Origin: Trichosphaerium sp. ATCC 40318
Lineage: Eukaryota > Protista > Tubulinea
Length of the DNA stretch: 64,000 nucleotides
Assembly (NCBI GenBank): GCA_038496445.1
Contig: JALMLS010000423.1
Location: 124,001-188,000, forward strand
Direction of reading: 5' to 3'
The notes beneath the pieces were generated by a model, which saw only the letters and a program-made list of their open reading frames with translations, was not told the origin of the DNA and did not search any database. A program made the translations under genes and the position numbers. This document shows positions 25,652-39,296 of the stretch, piece by piece (within the stretch, counting starts at the first letter, position 1; every line of letters begins with the position of its first letter).

Positions 25652-28600
25652 TTATGTCTTTGACGCTTCACCCGATTTTTCGTTTCCAGTCCCATTAATA
25701 TTCATATTCTCCATTTGATCAGGTAAGTCCTGTGCTGGATCTAAACTAGCATAAGGAGAAAGAAGAGAAGGTTTTTTGTGGAATTCACAACAAGTAATAA
25801 AACTTACCATATTCTGGAGTTGATGATTTAGCTTCACTAGCATTTTCGGTCTAAAATAAGCATTAGTTTAAACTCGTATTGTCAAGGTGGTTATAGTATT
25901 ATATACCTCTCCATCATCAGGGTGTTGTTGAGCAGTCATTTGTCCTTGAGGCATCTGACCATTAGCCTAAAAATTTAGTCAGACGTTTATCTTCTTATCT
26001 AAAACTACAAGCATTTTTGTGTACCATGTAATATGCGTTTGCTCTGTAAGCAGCAGCTGTGTATGGATTTTGAAATTGTTGTTGTTGACCATAGTAATCA
26101 TAAGCTGTTGGGTAACTTTGATACTGTTGAGACATGGCTACGAAAAAAAGTCAGAAAAAAAAGCTGCGTGGCTTATGTAAGAAATAAACAAGAATCAAAT
26201 GCTGCAGCAAACATTGCCACAAAAAAAAACAAGCCGAACCTTTTTGTTGTTGTGCTGTGTATGGATTGTAAGGTGTGCCTTTGTAGCTATTCTCCGGTGA
26301 ACCAGGATTATTAGTAGGAGTGGCATTAGGACCAGCAGGACCAGCAGGACCAGCAGGACCAGCATAACCATTTGGAGAGTAACCATTAGGATAAGCGCCA
26401 TTGTTATTCGTGTAATAAACACCAGGATAAAAGTAAGGATTTTGCATCATCATTGAGTAGTAGTATGGTCCAGAGTATTGTGCTATATAGTTCATGTATT
26501 TGTTGAACCTCTTACGGTACTTCATTTCTGGTGTCTCACAGTATTGAACGCGTATTCGGCGATCTTGCCACCGTGTACCATTCTGAATAACAGTAAGAAA
26601 GGGTGTTTGGAGTATATTAGTTGAAACAAAGCGGTTTAACGCTTGTTCAAAGTACGTACTTCATTTTCAATTGCTGTAGCTGAGAAACTCTCGTCTTCAT
26701 ATCTAATGAATGCAAAAGCGCTTCGCTCCTAAATACTTCATATAAGTAAAGATAGCGGCAGATGGGAGGAAAAAAAATCCAAAAAAAATGGTTGTTTGTT
26801 TGTTTATTGGTTGCCGTCTTGACTGGGTTTTTAGAAATTGTTTTTTCGTGCCTGTGTAGTTTCTGCGCCTTTGGAATCTGAATTATTAGGATTGATTAAT
26901 GTACAACTTTCAATTTCACCGTGCTTCTTAAATCGCGCCTATAGCTATCATTAGTTGTCTTATCTCTGTAAATAATGCTTCCGTGGCAACACAGCGGTTA
27001 TATTACAAATAAAAAAATACTGACGCAGACACAGCAAATAAATAAAATAAACTTTTTTTCTGAGAGGTCACGTTGCTTGAAGAAAGAAAAAAAAACAAAC
27101 CCACGTGCCATTAATGTTTCTTTAGATACAGAAGGATTTAGACCACCAACAAAGACATGATGCTTATCTATGCCTAGAGTGTCTACAATACAAATATTAG
27201 GATAAAGAACTCGGACACTGAGCCTCAAAAAATCAAAAACAAACAGCGCTAGTTCAATCAAAAAAAAAACTAAAAACCAAAGAGGTTGTTGTACCTGGGT
27301 CATTTGCGCTTGTAGCCCATTCTACAACCCATCTTCTGTTTTTTTGTTTTAACCCCTACAGTAATAAATCAATCACACATTTGAATCTTGTCTTAAAACC
27401 CAACAGTACTCAGATTTCTGGCAGAAGTACAAACTAGCATTGACAACAAAAGAAAAAAAAAATGTGGCGTTCTGTTCATGTGTATTTTATTTTTCACCAT
27501 CCACGTGCGTACCACAAGTGCTTCGCTTGCATCCTCTCTAAACCTGTATTTTACAAACCCACAACCCTTACTCTTGTTCGTCTGGTGATTTTTTATTATA
27601 GCTACGTTTTCTACAACACCAAACGTCTCAGCAACACGCCTTAGCTCCTAATTCAGTTGTTAATACATGTAAAGTATTTATAATATCTTTAAAACCAGAT
27701 AGCCATCGCGACATTCACTCACAGCGCACAAAGAACGAAAGAAAAAAAAAGAAAAAACAAAAAAAAAACAAAAAAAAAAGTACACTAGGTTTAGTGGAGT
27801 TTCGTTAGTTTTTACGGTGCTGGTATTTGGAATGTGGTATAATATCGGTATAAATATACACTCTGATAGCGGTTTTTTTGTTGTTAAAGAAAGAGAAATG
27901 ATGAGTTTACAAATTATTTAAAATAGAAGCAAAATGGATAAAACTAGTACGCACGCTATTACTCATATCCTTGCTTAGCTTTGCCACGAATAGAGTACGA
28001 TTCACTTTTGCTTTCTCTACGCGTAACTGTCTCCCATCAATAATATGTCGCGGAACTTCTGCAATGGCTCGCTCTGATGCATCTTTATCCTATAACGGAG
28101 CGTTAAGCAAAAGTGTCGATGCTGGTGGTTTTCATGTTTTTTGTTTTTCTTTTGTACAAAAACGCGTATTACGGTTTTACGGGATCGTATTAGGTGGTAA
28201 ATAAAGCGCAGTTTTGAGTGTCGTTATAAAAAGGGTTTTGGGAGCCGCGCTCAAGGGTTTTTTTGTTTTTTGCTGTTTTTTGCAAATTTTTTTTTTGTGA
28301 GACAGGACGCCAAATGTCAAAGTAAAAACGCCAATCAAATATGATTAAATAACGCTATATCGAATTTGTACCGAAAATTGTACTGAGTGTAATACTTACC
28401 TTAAATTGTACAAAGGCGTATGGCCTGCCTGTCTTCTTGTCGCTCAATAGTTTTACTTTGAGTATAGTGCCAAATTGACGGAAGTGTCCTGCTAATTTGT
28501 CCTCATCTGTTTGAGAGGACAGAGAAGCAACGAAAATACAAGCATCAGCAGGACCTTTAATGTCGTTATCTTTTGAGTGAGCTTCAGACCGGTATTGTGT

Positions 28601-28790
28601 AGGCTCTGAAGAAAAAACGTAAGTTCTTTTCACGCGCATGACTTTTGACAAGTGTACTGCCCGTGGATGCGTAGAAATTAATAAAACAGCAATACTGAGC
28701 CTTGCTGGGCGAAATAAAAAGATCTCGCGCCTAGAGGTAACAGATCTGTTCTAAACTCATCAAAAGCTCTACAAAATAAGTACCTGACAT
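25652..28790 (-). CDS. Three-RRM RNA-binding protein, Rim4-like, with Y/N/G/Q-rich low-complexity C-terminus
   Basis: ACIFVASLS...RPYAFVQF...LRVEKAKVNRTLFV; GFVKYRFREDA...WVVEWA; IDKHHVFVGGL...RFKKHGEI. Start uses a putative 7-nt first exon. Confidence 0.8.
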
Positions 28791-29237
28791 GAGCATACAA
28801 AATAAATAGCAATTGCGGCTTGTCGTTGCTCGTGAACACAAAAAACCAGAAGAAAACTCGGAAAAAAAGTTCACAAGGTTTTATACGTTCTATACAACGT
28901 TTTACGCAGTATTATTTCGTACGCCCGATTAATAACTCGTTTAAAGTTACAGTCCGTTTACTTTTCTCACACATGAGAATACTTTGTAGAACGCTATATT
29001 CACGCAAGGGCTATACACGTACGCTTTCCTACCCTCGCTGTATTTTCTAAAATTATACAAGTCTCAAAATGTGTAATTTATTTTAAACTTTCGTACAAGT
29101 ATGTACAGGTTTAGCTGGTACAAATAAGCTTCAACAAAAGCGCACGTGTACAGAATTTAATCCAAAAAAAAAACCTAAGATCATTTGAAACCAAAACGTC
29201 TTTCGTCATCCACTAGTTAGTCTACGAGTTTATATGT

Positions 29238-29822
29238 CTACTCATCAGGTTCATTAGATGCACCATGGAGAGTGGTTGGCTCATCCTCACCCATCCATAC
29301 CCACACGTGACCTGAAGCATTTAGTTGCAGAAGGAGTGTCACAATGAAGATATACCATGTTGCTCTCTGCATTCAAAGCGAGGTACTGCTCCTTCTATGC
29401 GCACAGAAGCGTCTACATCGGCTGTAGGAATATGTACACATGCGCCTTGTTGTGTCAGAGTACTGAAGAAGCACAAGGTGAAGGAAGAACCGTTGAAGGC
29501 TTCAAGGATTCTGCATGATTTGAATACTACTAGCCCGGCGTACCTAATTCGTCAAACTCCCAACCGTGAAACCCACAACGTAGCGTACAGTTACCCTCTT
29601 GCACCAGTTAGTGGTTTTCTAAACTAGTAAGTGACATTTACCTTCATGACTCAGTTCACCCATTCTTGATAATTGTATACCCATATGGGCACATTTATCC
29701 AGTAATACGCATGCTTTACCCTTGGTGTTACGAAATAATACCAATTGCTTCTTCGCAATGGTTCTCCCAAGGGGCTCTGTTCTGTTCAAGCGCGAAGACG
29801 TGCATGCTACGCGCCAACTCAT
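29238..29822 (-). CDS. Stand-alone Rieske [2Fe-2S] domain protein
   Basis: Spliced CAHMG...LRCGFHGWEFDELGACVHIP...HVWVWMG; stop follows shortly after the Rieske domain. Confidence 0.85.
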
Positions 29823-30730
29823 TTAAACGCCAATAAATCGCTTGTAAGTCTATCTGAGTCTTAACAACGCGCCCGGACACCCAAACAATGTATATTTGCC
29901 CGTTTAACTGGGTTGTGCTTGCTGGAAGGGATCATACAGTAAATGAGCACTGATGTTTCGTGCGGGCACCTCAGTATTCTCGTAGCGCGTTTGAGCTGTG
30001 CGCTTAACATTTTAAACGGTTTTATGCAGTGAACAACTTTTTGGGCACGCAGTAGCGTAGGCACGCTTCAAATTCAATCTGAGAACTGGCTAGAGCGTCT
30101 AAATCGTTCAAAAACGTTGCCTGTCAAGTGCACTTGGCTATTTTTAGATACTCCGCGCTTGGTGTTGCCAAAACACTCCTACAATGACTCAGTAAGCGAA
30201 TAAATACTATTGGCGTTGACGGTCTTTTTTTGTGAAAGAAAAGTGTTGTACATTTTTTTTAAAACCTCTGTGTACTTCCTTACGCGACTCTTATTATACA
30301 CGCTTCTGCTTGCAACCTTTAAAGTTAAAAAAAAGTTGACTTTTTGCCGCAGTTTATAAAAACCGCAGCGGGCCGTGCCTATAGTGGTAAATTAGCGCTA
30401 AGTAGTTTTTTGGTAGGTAATGAGCGCCGTCCGTCGCGTTTAAAAAAAGCCAAAAAGATCGAAAATTCAGCATTTTTACAATGGCGTCGAAAGGACACTA
30501 GTTCACTACGGGAGTTGTGTATGGTAAATATTATGACTATGTAGTTTTAAAGCTTTAAAAAAACGCTAGATCCGTTATCCTAACGCTTTAGATACGTACA
30601 ATGGTGCCTTGTGCCTAATAACAGCGTGTGCTTGTCCATGTTTTGTGCAAAGCCGATCACATTGTGCCACAGGCGCTCACAATTACAACAAGAAACCAAC
30701 AGTCACAACAACAGCTCTTCTACAAAAAAA

Positions 30731-31353
30731 ATGTCTTGGGATTCATACGTAACCAACCTTACCACCGCTGGATGCTGCAAAGCCGGTCTCTACGGCCTCA
30801 ACGGTAGTAAATGGGCTGCCTCCTCTGGCCTAGACGTACGTAGCGAGTTCAAAATCGTCGCCGCCTCACAGGCGTTTTCATCTTTGTTTTTTTGTACCCT
30901 TAAAAATTACTTCCTGCCGTTCTCTCTCCCTAACCCCTTATCTCTGTAGTTCCCAGTCAAAGCACTTGCTGGTGGATTTGCAAGCCCAGACGGTCTCAGG
31001 GCCACCGGTCTTAAAATAAACGGCGATAAATACTTCGTCCTTATGGCTGATGGTGAAGTTATCATGGGCAAAAAGGTAAGATTCCTTCACTACATTTTTT
31101 CCTTTACTGCCCCGAGGCGAAGAAACCGACTTCTACGGTCGCCTTACGCCTCATTTTTTTATTTTGTTTATAGTCACCGCCGCCTCGCTATCTCGTTGTA
31201 CTAATCAGATTCTTTTAGGGCCAAGGTGGTTTCGTCGCCGCTAAGACTAACACTGGCGTAGTATTCGGCCTCTACGACCAAAACTGTACCCCAGGTCAAA
31301 TTTCTAAGAGTGTAACAGGTATCGCTGACTACCTCAAGCAAAGCAACCTTTAA
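30731..31353 (+). CDS. Profilin
   Basis: Three exons: MSWDSYVTNL...GLYGLNGSKWAAS...GLKINGDKYFVL...GKKGQGGFVAAKT...IADYLKQSNL*. Confidence 0.95.
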
Positions 31354-32298
31354 ATACCTATGTAACTACACCCTTTGAGCGTGCTTCGCTTCACCAATAA
31401 ATATAGTGTCTAAAAAGCTCTCAGGCTCAACCTTTTTTGTTTTGTTTTTTTCTCTCTTTTGTGTTCCCCTTTTTTTGCCTTTAGTGAGCGGCAAGAGAGA
31501 GGCAACTTGTAACAACAGTTCTGACAGAATATTTGTCATTTTGTTTACTCACAAGAGGCAAAACAACATTGTAGTTTTTGCGGCAACTGGAAGTACGGCT
31601 TTTTAAAATCTTGGCAAAATACCTTTTCGATCACGTGTACAGCGAGAACGCTATTCAATTTTTTTTTCAGTATTTTTTGTTTGTTTTTGCTATCGGATCC
31701 ACACGAGCGATAAGACGTGGCACTCTGTACGTAGCACCTTACGAATAGAGTTATCAAGGAACAGATACAAATACACAACCTCTTAAAGAAGAATTCTAGC
31801 AGTGAAAGCTCTATGAGGAGATTATTCTACGCGTGTATACACTATACAATACGATTAACAGAGTATTGCGTCATGTGTGGTATCATCGCGATGGCACTCT
31901 ACTTATGACGCCACCTACTATGATAAGGAGCACAACACTGCTCAATACACGTTTTTTAACGTACAAACTAACTCCCAATAGTAGTTGAGTGCGGTCGACC
32001 TTCCAATACACAAAGTTGCTGTGCATAAATTACTTACAGTAATTGCACCAGCGCCAATGTCGGGAACAAAATGTTCAAAATGTAGGAGCATTCATTGTAA
32101 AAAATCAAAACAAGCAGGGATTCTATCTCTGCCACATTATTTGTGTCTGTACCTTTTTGACTCACCCAAAGTATATTCCGTTCATTTTGTTCTCAGTGAG
32201 GAGTAAAGTTATGAAACAGGCAATAGAATGTATCTCTGCTCTGTATTTCACAAAGTACTATGTTGTTGGTTTGTTGACTTTAATTTATTTACAAGTGT

Positions 32299-35200
32299 TT
32301 ATATCTCGGACTCCTTTGGAGTTTTAGGGTAATTGAATAGAACTTCATCTTCTTCTCTTGCTAAGCATGAGCGATATGCTTCTAAAAGATTACTTATAGG
32401 AAGAGAATGAGGAAGCCTTGTATGGAAGGCAACAGGCTCGTGCTCCAATGCCTTTAGCTGATCAATGACGATATCCAAAAGATCATCCTTGTTCACTTTG
32501 AAAACGCCACGTCTAATGATACCTATGGGTATTGAATAAGCAAAAAGGGAGCTGACCAAAAGAAAAAAAAATGAATGGAAAAAATCTTGTAACAGTTCAA
32601 ATTCTTCACTTTTTTTCTACCACAAGGTACCTTTGAAAATATGTGTGGTTTTCAGGTAAAGCAAAATAAAACGCAAGGCGTTTCTGCAGAATGGGAAAAC
32701 AAAAGTAGGATTTGAACGAATAGAAGTGTAGAACTGTAACAAGTTACTTTTTGCTTTTTGCAAGTTGATTTTTTTTTTGTTCGTAAAAGTTTTCTTCAAA
32801 AAGGTTTTTTAAGGCTTGCTTGTTTGCCTGTTTTTAGATGGCTTTTGGCTTTTGGGAATGAGGTCTTACCTGGTTTATATATTTTCCTGAATGCTCTTGA
32901 TATTGCTTTTCTTGTCTTTATACCCGTGTATTCCCCAAAAGAGTAATCCTTGATTTCTAATTTTACATGCTCAAAACCAGTAAACAAATGATTGAGTGTT
33001 AATGCCACTGCCCACTCGAATTTAAAGTAATTTTTTGGTGAATCATCTCTAGCTTGTTGTGCCTAATGAGGGGTGGTAAATAAGCATGTCAAGAAATAAA
33101 AAACCCCACAAACAGACAGCGAAGATCGATCAAAAAGAGAAGACTACTTTTGACGAAAATAGCAAAGCTAAACGTTTTGTCGGGCTGACTGAATAAGTGT
33201 ACCTTTCTATGGATAATTGTTATCTCTGGTGGAGCATTGGTATTCTAAAAGAGAGTTAGCATATGTGATAATTAATCCACTAAAGTAATGTTCGATCAAA
33301 AACAATCCAAGAAAAAGAGTTGCGATGAGGTACCTTTTTCTTTGGTCGTTTGATTATGACTTGAATTTCCCAGCTTCCTTGAAAATCTTTGAAAGGGCAT
33401 ACTTCAAAAAGAATATTACGAAGTTCTAGAATTGCAGGGTAGATAATATGAGTACAAAGGCATTTCAAAACACCACTTAAACGAGACTTTTCTGGGATAG
33501 CCTAAACAAAAAAAAAAGGTTAACACTTGAAGTTCACTTCAAAAAAAAAAGTGTTCTGCTGCTCGTATGTGGCATACAGTAGTAGTACATTATGAGACAA
33601 AATCAAGTGCTTCAAAGAAAAAAAACCAGGCACATAAAACGTCAATCAAGTAAACAAGAAATGAGACTTACATCTGCAATGAGAGCTGTTAGCTTTTCTC
33701 CAACATCACCACTACCGTTTGATAAATGTTTTTGTATTGCTGATTCTATTGTATCAACAAGTCTTGGTTGTATCTCACGTGTCAATACCAATAGAATCTT
33801 CGCAACAGCGAAAGCAGTCGGTGAGTTGCCTCGGGTTTCGGCGAGCTGGGGAAAAAGAATAAATAAGTAGTCTCGAGAAAAAAAGTTTTCTCTTTTTGTT
33901 TGACGTACAACTTCACCTTTGTTATCGTAAATAACAACATTAGTACAAAGACGTGGTAGATCACGACCAACAGGTAGCTCATTCAAATGTTTTCGCCAGA
34001 TCTGTAAGGAGATTAATGAGTTTTGTTTTCTACTAGTTCTAATTTTGACGTACCTTGAAGTAAGGCACTGTTGGATGAACAAAAGGAGATATAAGATGCT
34101 CGAATTTATGTACAATTACTTCTGGCATGTCTTCATGCGTGACAAAATCTCTTATCCACATGGATGCTACAGTATGTCAGTGTTTCTTAAAAAACCAGCA
34201 AAGTTCAAACAAATTGCTCAGAATTCTGATTGAAGCATATGATTGTAAGTTCTTGCCTTTGCATACATCAGCCAGCCTAAAGCGTGTCAATTACAATAGC
34301 TTGAATGGATTCTTATGTTCATGAAGTACGTACTCAGTGCGAAGAATCCAAAAGAATCTAAAGTACTTTTCTGGATCAGGTGAATGAGCTTGCTCCCATT
34401 TACGATGTGTTACTATTGTAGAATTCGCATGTATCTCAATGGTAATACGCCATGATCCCTGTAAAATAATAAGGAGACTTACTTAAATAAAAGAAGAGGA
34501 AGACAAAAAAAAAGAAATGTAGTTATGACTACCTTTATATCTTTGTAAGGAAACTCCTCATAAATTCTTGTTCGGACTGCTGATACAGCTGGAAAAATCA
34601 TCTCTTGTTGAATACCTACAAAGTAGTGAGATACAACATAAACAAAGAGATTTACATTTAACAGCGCGAACCCAGTTGAGGCTATTATCAAAACCGTACT
34701 CTTCAAAACAAGTCCTAATAATTTTTAGTTTTTTTTTTTTGACATTGTAAATGTTTTTTTTTGTTGAGCTTACCTCAATTGTACTGATAGATCACCTGAA
34801 GGTTTTACATATCGTGAAAAACCTTCTTCTATATCTGCAACAGCCTCTGGTGTATCAAGACGACGTGCCAATGTCAAAAAAATTGTCTTTACAACTTCGG
34901 GATGTGTTAAACTACCATCCTCCGCGTACAACTAAATAAGTAAGCACGGTCACGTGATCCTTTTCTTTTAGGGTTTGTAAAAAAGATTGAGTTGAAACAG
35001 TAATTGTTTTAGTAGTACCAGAGTGCCTGTTGTTATATCTACTATCTTAATTTGTTTCGCTAAACGAGCGATATCTTTATGTACAGGTAACTCAAGTAAT
35101 TTTTTACTGAGTCTTTGACGTATTGTTTCAGAAAAACCATTCTGATCAAAGCTACGCACTAGAGAGGAGAGATTACTATCAAAATACTCTTTCATTCGGA

Positions 35201-35811
35201 GTACGTAAAACAAATCAACAGGTTTTTACCGTTTATCACTAAAAAACCGTTCTACAGCGCTCTGGGAGAGTTGTTTTTCGAAATCGTAGTTTTTTTTTTT
35301 GATTTTTTTTTTGAAGTTCCAATAACGTACCACGTGGTGGCGATAATGACTTTGCTCTAGGTTCTATCTCTTTTGTACCGCGCTTAACTGATACTCTCTC
35401 GCGTTTTGGTGTCTTTGGTCTACTTGATGTTTTAGGGCCGCGGCGTGGCGAGCTAACTTCTCCGTGTCGTGAGCTTTTGTCAGCTTTGGACGCTGGTTCA
35501 CTCTGTATCGTATGTTAGCACTTTAAACGGTTTCCGACGCATGTACTGTATTTGTAGCGGACGCATGAGTGACTCTGGATGCTTTAAACAGAGGTGACTC
35601 CTTTCCGCCGTTGAACTGCATAAACATGTAAATAGATGTAGTATACGCAATATGTCATACCCGTGATGGTACAGCAGCATAAGAAGAGTGATCTTCCGAC
35701 CAACCACCCGCTTGCTCAGTTAGTTTGTTTGAATTCCACCTAGATACACCGTTAGTGAACGTACAGCCTAAAACATGACTACCCAGACGAGTTTGCGAAA
35801 GGGTCCGACAT
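32299..35811 (-). CDS. Uncharacterised multi-exon protein with an internally duplicated domain
   Basis: ATG 35811 (MSDPFANSSG); two homologous blocks FPYKDIK.SWRITIEI...THRKWEQ...YFRFFW and CPFKDFQGSWEIQVII...IIHRK...YFKFEW. Recalls the amoebozoan GlfB C-terminal-like domain (from memory, unverified). Confidence 0.65.
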
Positions 35812-35959
35812 TTTAGCGTCACTAGCGTGTACAATACTGGAAGTGCTGCAAAATAGTGACAGGTAAATGTGCGTGAACGCTTTGAAGTTAAGCCATCTTG
35901 TTTTGGTGACACTTCTCGTAATATCGAGTTGCCTGTTCGAGAAGTTCAGAACGAAGCTT

Positions 35960-37763
35960 ATGTCAACTCCTGGGGTAGTGTTCGACATTGATGGAGTGCT
36001 GTGGAAATCAGGGGAACCTATTCCACAAGCGAAAGAAGCGTTAAAGAGATTGAAGGCTAAAAATGTCCCTTGCATGTTTGTACGGCAGTTTTACGCGTAG
36101 TGGTAGCGATAAAGTAAATTTCTGTGCTTGTGGTTTTAAAGTACAGTCTGAAAGTCTCTTTTAACCACTTCTATAGGTCACAAACAGTGGTGGCATGCCT
36201 GAAGAGAATAAAGCCAAAAAGCTAAGCAAAATGCTTGAAACTACTGTAAGTAACGCATAAGCTATCGAATTACGCTTCGTTTACTCTATTTATGCATTTA
36301 ATCTCACGAATGCACATGCTGAGTCATTCTTGTTTTACATTCCTCATTTTAAGCGTTAGGTATCTCCTAATGATGTACTATTGTCTTCATCGCCCATGAA
36401 AGCGCTTTTACCAAAATACAAAGTACGTAGGAAGCATTAGACTTTTTTTTTGAAATTACAAAAAACACTAAGTCATCACAATCATTTGATTGCATTGTGA
36501 TGTATGAATTGAGCATTGGTTAATAGTGCTAAGGAAAAGCGTGTGTTAGTTTTGGGAAGAAGTAGGGAGTGGGTTGAACCTGCTATAAGAAACTACGGCT
36601 TTACAAACTTTGTGTACTATACAGACTTGCTTGACGCATATCCGCACATTGTACCATGGAGAACGACAGCCAAGCCACCAAAAGTACGTATTTTATATTG
36701 TACATATTATGCTTCGTGAATTAGTACATTGATCGTATGCACATAACTTCTTCACATATTTTTCTGATGAGCTTTTTTTACAGCCTGGTGTCATCGCTAA
36801 AGTCTCTGAAACCTTTTCGGCTATATTTGTAATGCACGAGCCTATTATTTGGGGTGAATCATTACAACTAATCATTGATCTATTAAGAGCAAAGGATGGT
36901 ACTTAAACCGAATTATTTTTTTTTTGAGCAACAAAAGCCTTTTGATGGTCACTAATTGTTTTATAGGTACTATCTATCCGGACAGGATCGATGTAACCAA
37001 TGAGCAACATATTGATATATATTTTGCAAACCCTGATTTTGAATATGCAGCAAAAGTACGTCAAGGACGCTTTGTTGGATGAAAACGAAATTGATTATTC
37101 GAAACTAGTTTTCTGAACCTCGCTTCACTTGTGGTGCATTTGTAAAGTGCCTCGATGCGCTTTTTGTTGAGAAGACAGGTAAACACATGCGATATGTACA
37201 ATATGGAAAGCCAACAAGAGAAACATTCGCATACGCTGAAACAGAAATCAAACGTATAAGCAAAACTCTTGGACATAATTCCGGGGTTGAACAATTTTAT
37301 ATGATTGGTGATAATCCCTTATCAGGTATTATGTCAAACTCTTTATATAACTCCACATGCTAAATACGTTTTCTAAGATATACGTGGAGCGAACAATGCT
37401 GGTGATCATTGGTTCAGTATATTAGTAAAAACAGGTGAGAATAATTCAAGTTTTCTTTGAGTCTTGAAATTGCAACATCGAAAGACTTTTTTTGTCTCAA
37501 GAAATTATGTCATTGTCACGTACTTTCAAAGTGCCGACAAGTATTTTCATTTTTATGACACTACATATTTATAATTGTACTGAACTGGTATTATGTATGT
37601 GTTTAGATCTGTTCTTTTTCTACGATTTTGATGTGCTTACATTTGTTTGTTTTTTTAAGGTGTATTTAAAGGTAAAGTAAACGATGAAACAAATCCAGCA
37701 GATAAAGTATGTGATCACGTTGGTGATGCAATAGATTTTATTATAAAAAAACACTCTTTGTAA
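35960..37763 (+). CDS. HAD-superfamily subfamily IIA hydrolase (CECR5/HDHD5-like)
   Basis: FDIDGVL motif I, VTNSGG motif II, YGKP, and MIGDNPLSDIRGAN...SILVKTG; an alternative in-frame ATG lies at 35867. Confidence 0.9.
37451..37568 (+). ncRNA. Candidate intronic H/ACA-type snoRNA
   Basis: In a long HAD-gene intron: hairpin, AAATTA (ANANNA), second hairpin TGTCAT..ATGACA with internal loop, then ACA at 37563-37565. The first hairpin lacks a clean pocket. Confidence 0.3.
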
Positions 37764-37871
37764 AGAATATACAGTATAAAATTATCACGTGATAAACCAA
37801 TATTAACTACACTTACAAAAAATATGAAAAAATTCTGGCTTGCTAATCGGACGAGTTTGTCTTTACAGGAG

Positions 37872-38672
37872 TCAAGTGAATTTCCCGACCCAGTATAAAC
37901 CATAGATGTCTTGGCTAACAATGTTAGCAAGCAATATACGTGATTCTCCTTCTTTTGGTTTCAAAGCAGCATCCTCGCTATCATCATCGCTTTCTTCTTC
38001 ACTATCTTCTTCTTTCTTTTCATGTTCAAACTCGAATTCAAGCCCACATCCCTTATTATTCCATATCAGTTCTGAGAAATTTTTTATCTTTCTTAGAACA
38101 CTCATTTGCAGAACTTTTTTATCTTCACTACACTCTGTGCATATTGTTTCAAGACTTTCGTGGTCAATTAGTGGGAAACATGTTCCTTCTTCCTCGCTTT
38201 CTTCTTCACCTTCTTTTTCATTATTTTCTTTTTCATTATCTTCATTATCTTCTTCTTTACAAATAGGACATTTTGTCATATCATCGGATGTGATGGTCAT
38301 GTCAAAGAAAGGTTCAGTACAATAGTTGTAGAAAATGTCAAATAAATCATCATCTCCATTTTCATCCTGTAGTTCTGTGCCTGAACCGTCGAATCTACCG
38401 CTATAGTTTAATGTGGAGGTTTCTATACATTGTATTATGTCCTCTGGAGCGCCTAAGAGCCGTAGAGCTAGCGCATTACGTTTAGATAGAATAAGTCTTG
38501 ATGGTATAGCGTCAGTTATTGTTTTGAAGGCTTTACAACATTGAGAGAGGTTTAAAATTGATGGTAGCGCTAAATCGCGTATGAATTCGTTTGTGAGGTA
38601 CTTATCGTGTTCAAAAAACGATTGAAGGCATTCACTATGGTTAGTAGCATTTGTACGCTTCGCCCGCTTCAT
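37872..38672 (-). CDS. Intronless acidic protein with possible degenerate F-box
   Basis: Open frame 37872..38804; likely ATG 38672 (MKRAKR); LPSILNLSQCCKAF resembles an F-box C-terminal half; CxxC pairs and Glu/Asp tracts. Confidence 0.6.
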   Translation of the reverse strand: MKRAKRTNATNHSECLQSFFEHDKYLTNEFIRDLALPSILNLSQCCKAFKTITDAIPSRLILSKRNALALRLLGAPEDIIQCIETSTLNYSGRFDGSGTELQDENGDDDLFDIFYNYCTEPFFDMTITSDDMTKCPICKEEDNEDNEKENNEKEGEEESEEEGTCFPLIDHESLETICTECSEDKKVLQMSVLRKIKNFSELIWNNKGCGLEFEFEHEKKEEDSEEESDDDSEDAALKPKEGESRILLANIVSQDIYGLYWVGKFT

Positions 38673-39296
38673 TTTGCTGTGTTCATGTGAAGTGCCTTGC
38701 TTAAGTGTAGCCTTTAAGGCCGCATGGGGCCACTCACCGAAAAACTTATATGCGTGGCCAAGGTTGTTGATTAATGTTAATAGATCAGCGGTTGCCCGTA
38801 ACATGAGTACTTGTGGATGTAAGTTGGCTACTTATTTAGTGACAGACTTCCAATAGCAACGTAAAAATAGCGAATGCATGGCACTTTTCGCGAGAATGAG
38901 ATTAAGCGTTATTTGTAGCGAGCGTGTTAGGCTCTTGCTAGGTACTACAGCTATATGGTCGAAACGTTTGGCCATATGAAGCGCTCAGCCAGCTACTTTA
39001 ACCAAAGTTCGCAATTAATACTTAGGATTTAGGATTCGAAGTCCTGGTTTCCTTTAAGAATAGCTGAGATTTGATGGGCCGGTAAACCTAGAGTTGTACA
39101 AGGAGCACAAAGGCAGGCTTGATAGCAAACCATTCAATGGCTACATTCAAGACCTTAACAGATGGATTAACTGAACAAGATGCAGCTACAAACGTTAAGC
39201 CACGTACACCATAAGTTAATTATCAAGAAGTAGTGTTTGGGCCGCAAACCTGAGGTAAATACTTTAAATACTACAACATTATCGACGCACATACAA

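Noticed and set aside
37906-38325. Ser/Phe-rich plus-strand ORFs
   Set aside because: Antisense of Glu/Asp/Lys-rich codons in the minus-strand gene.
38950-39060. Hairpins with a T-arm-like GGATTCGAAGTCC
   Set aside because: No cloverleaf or recognisable ncRNA could be built.
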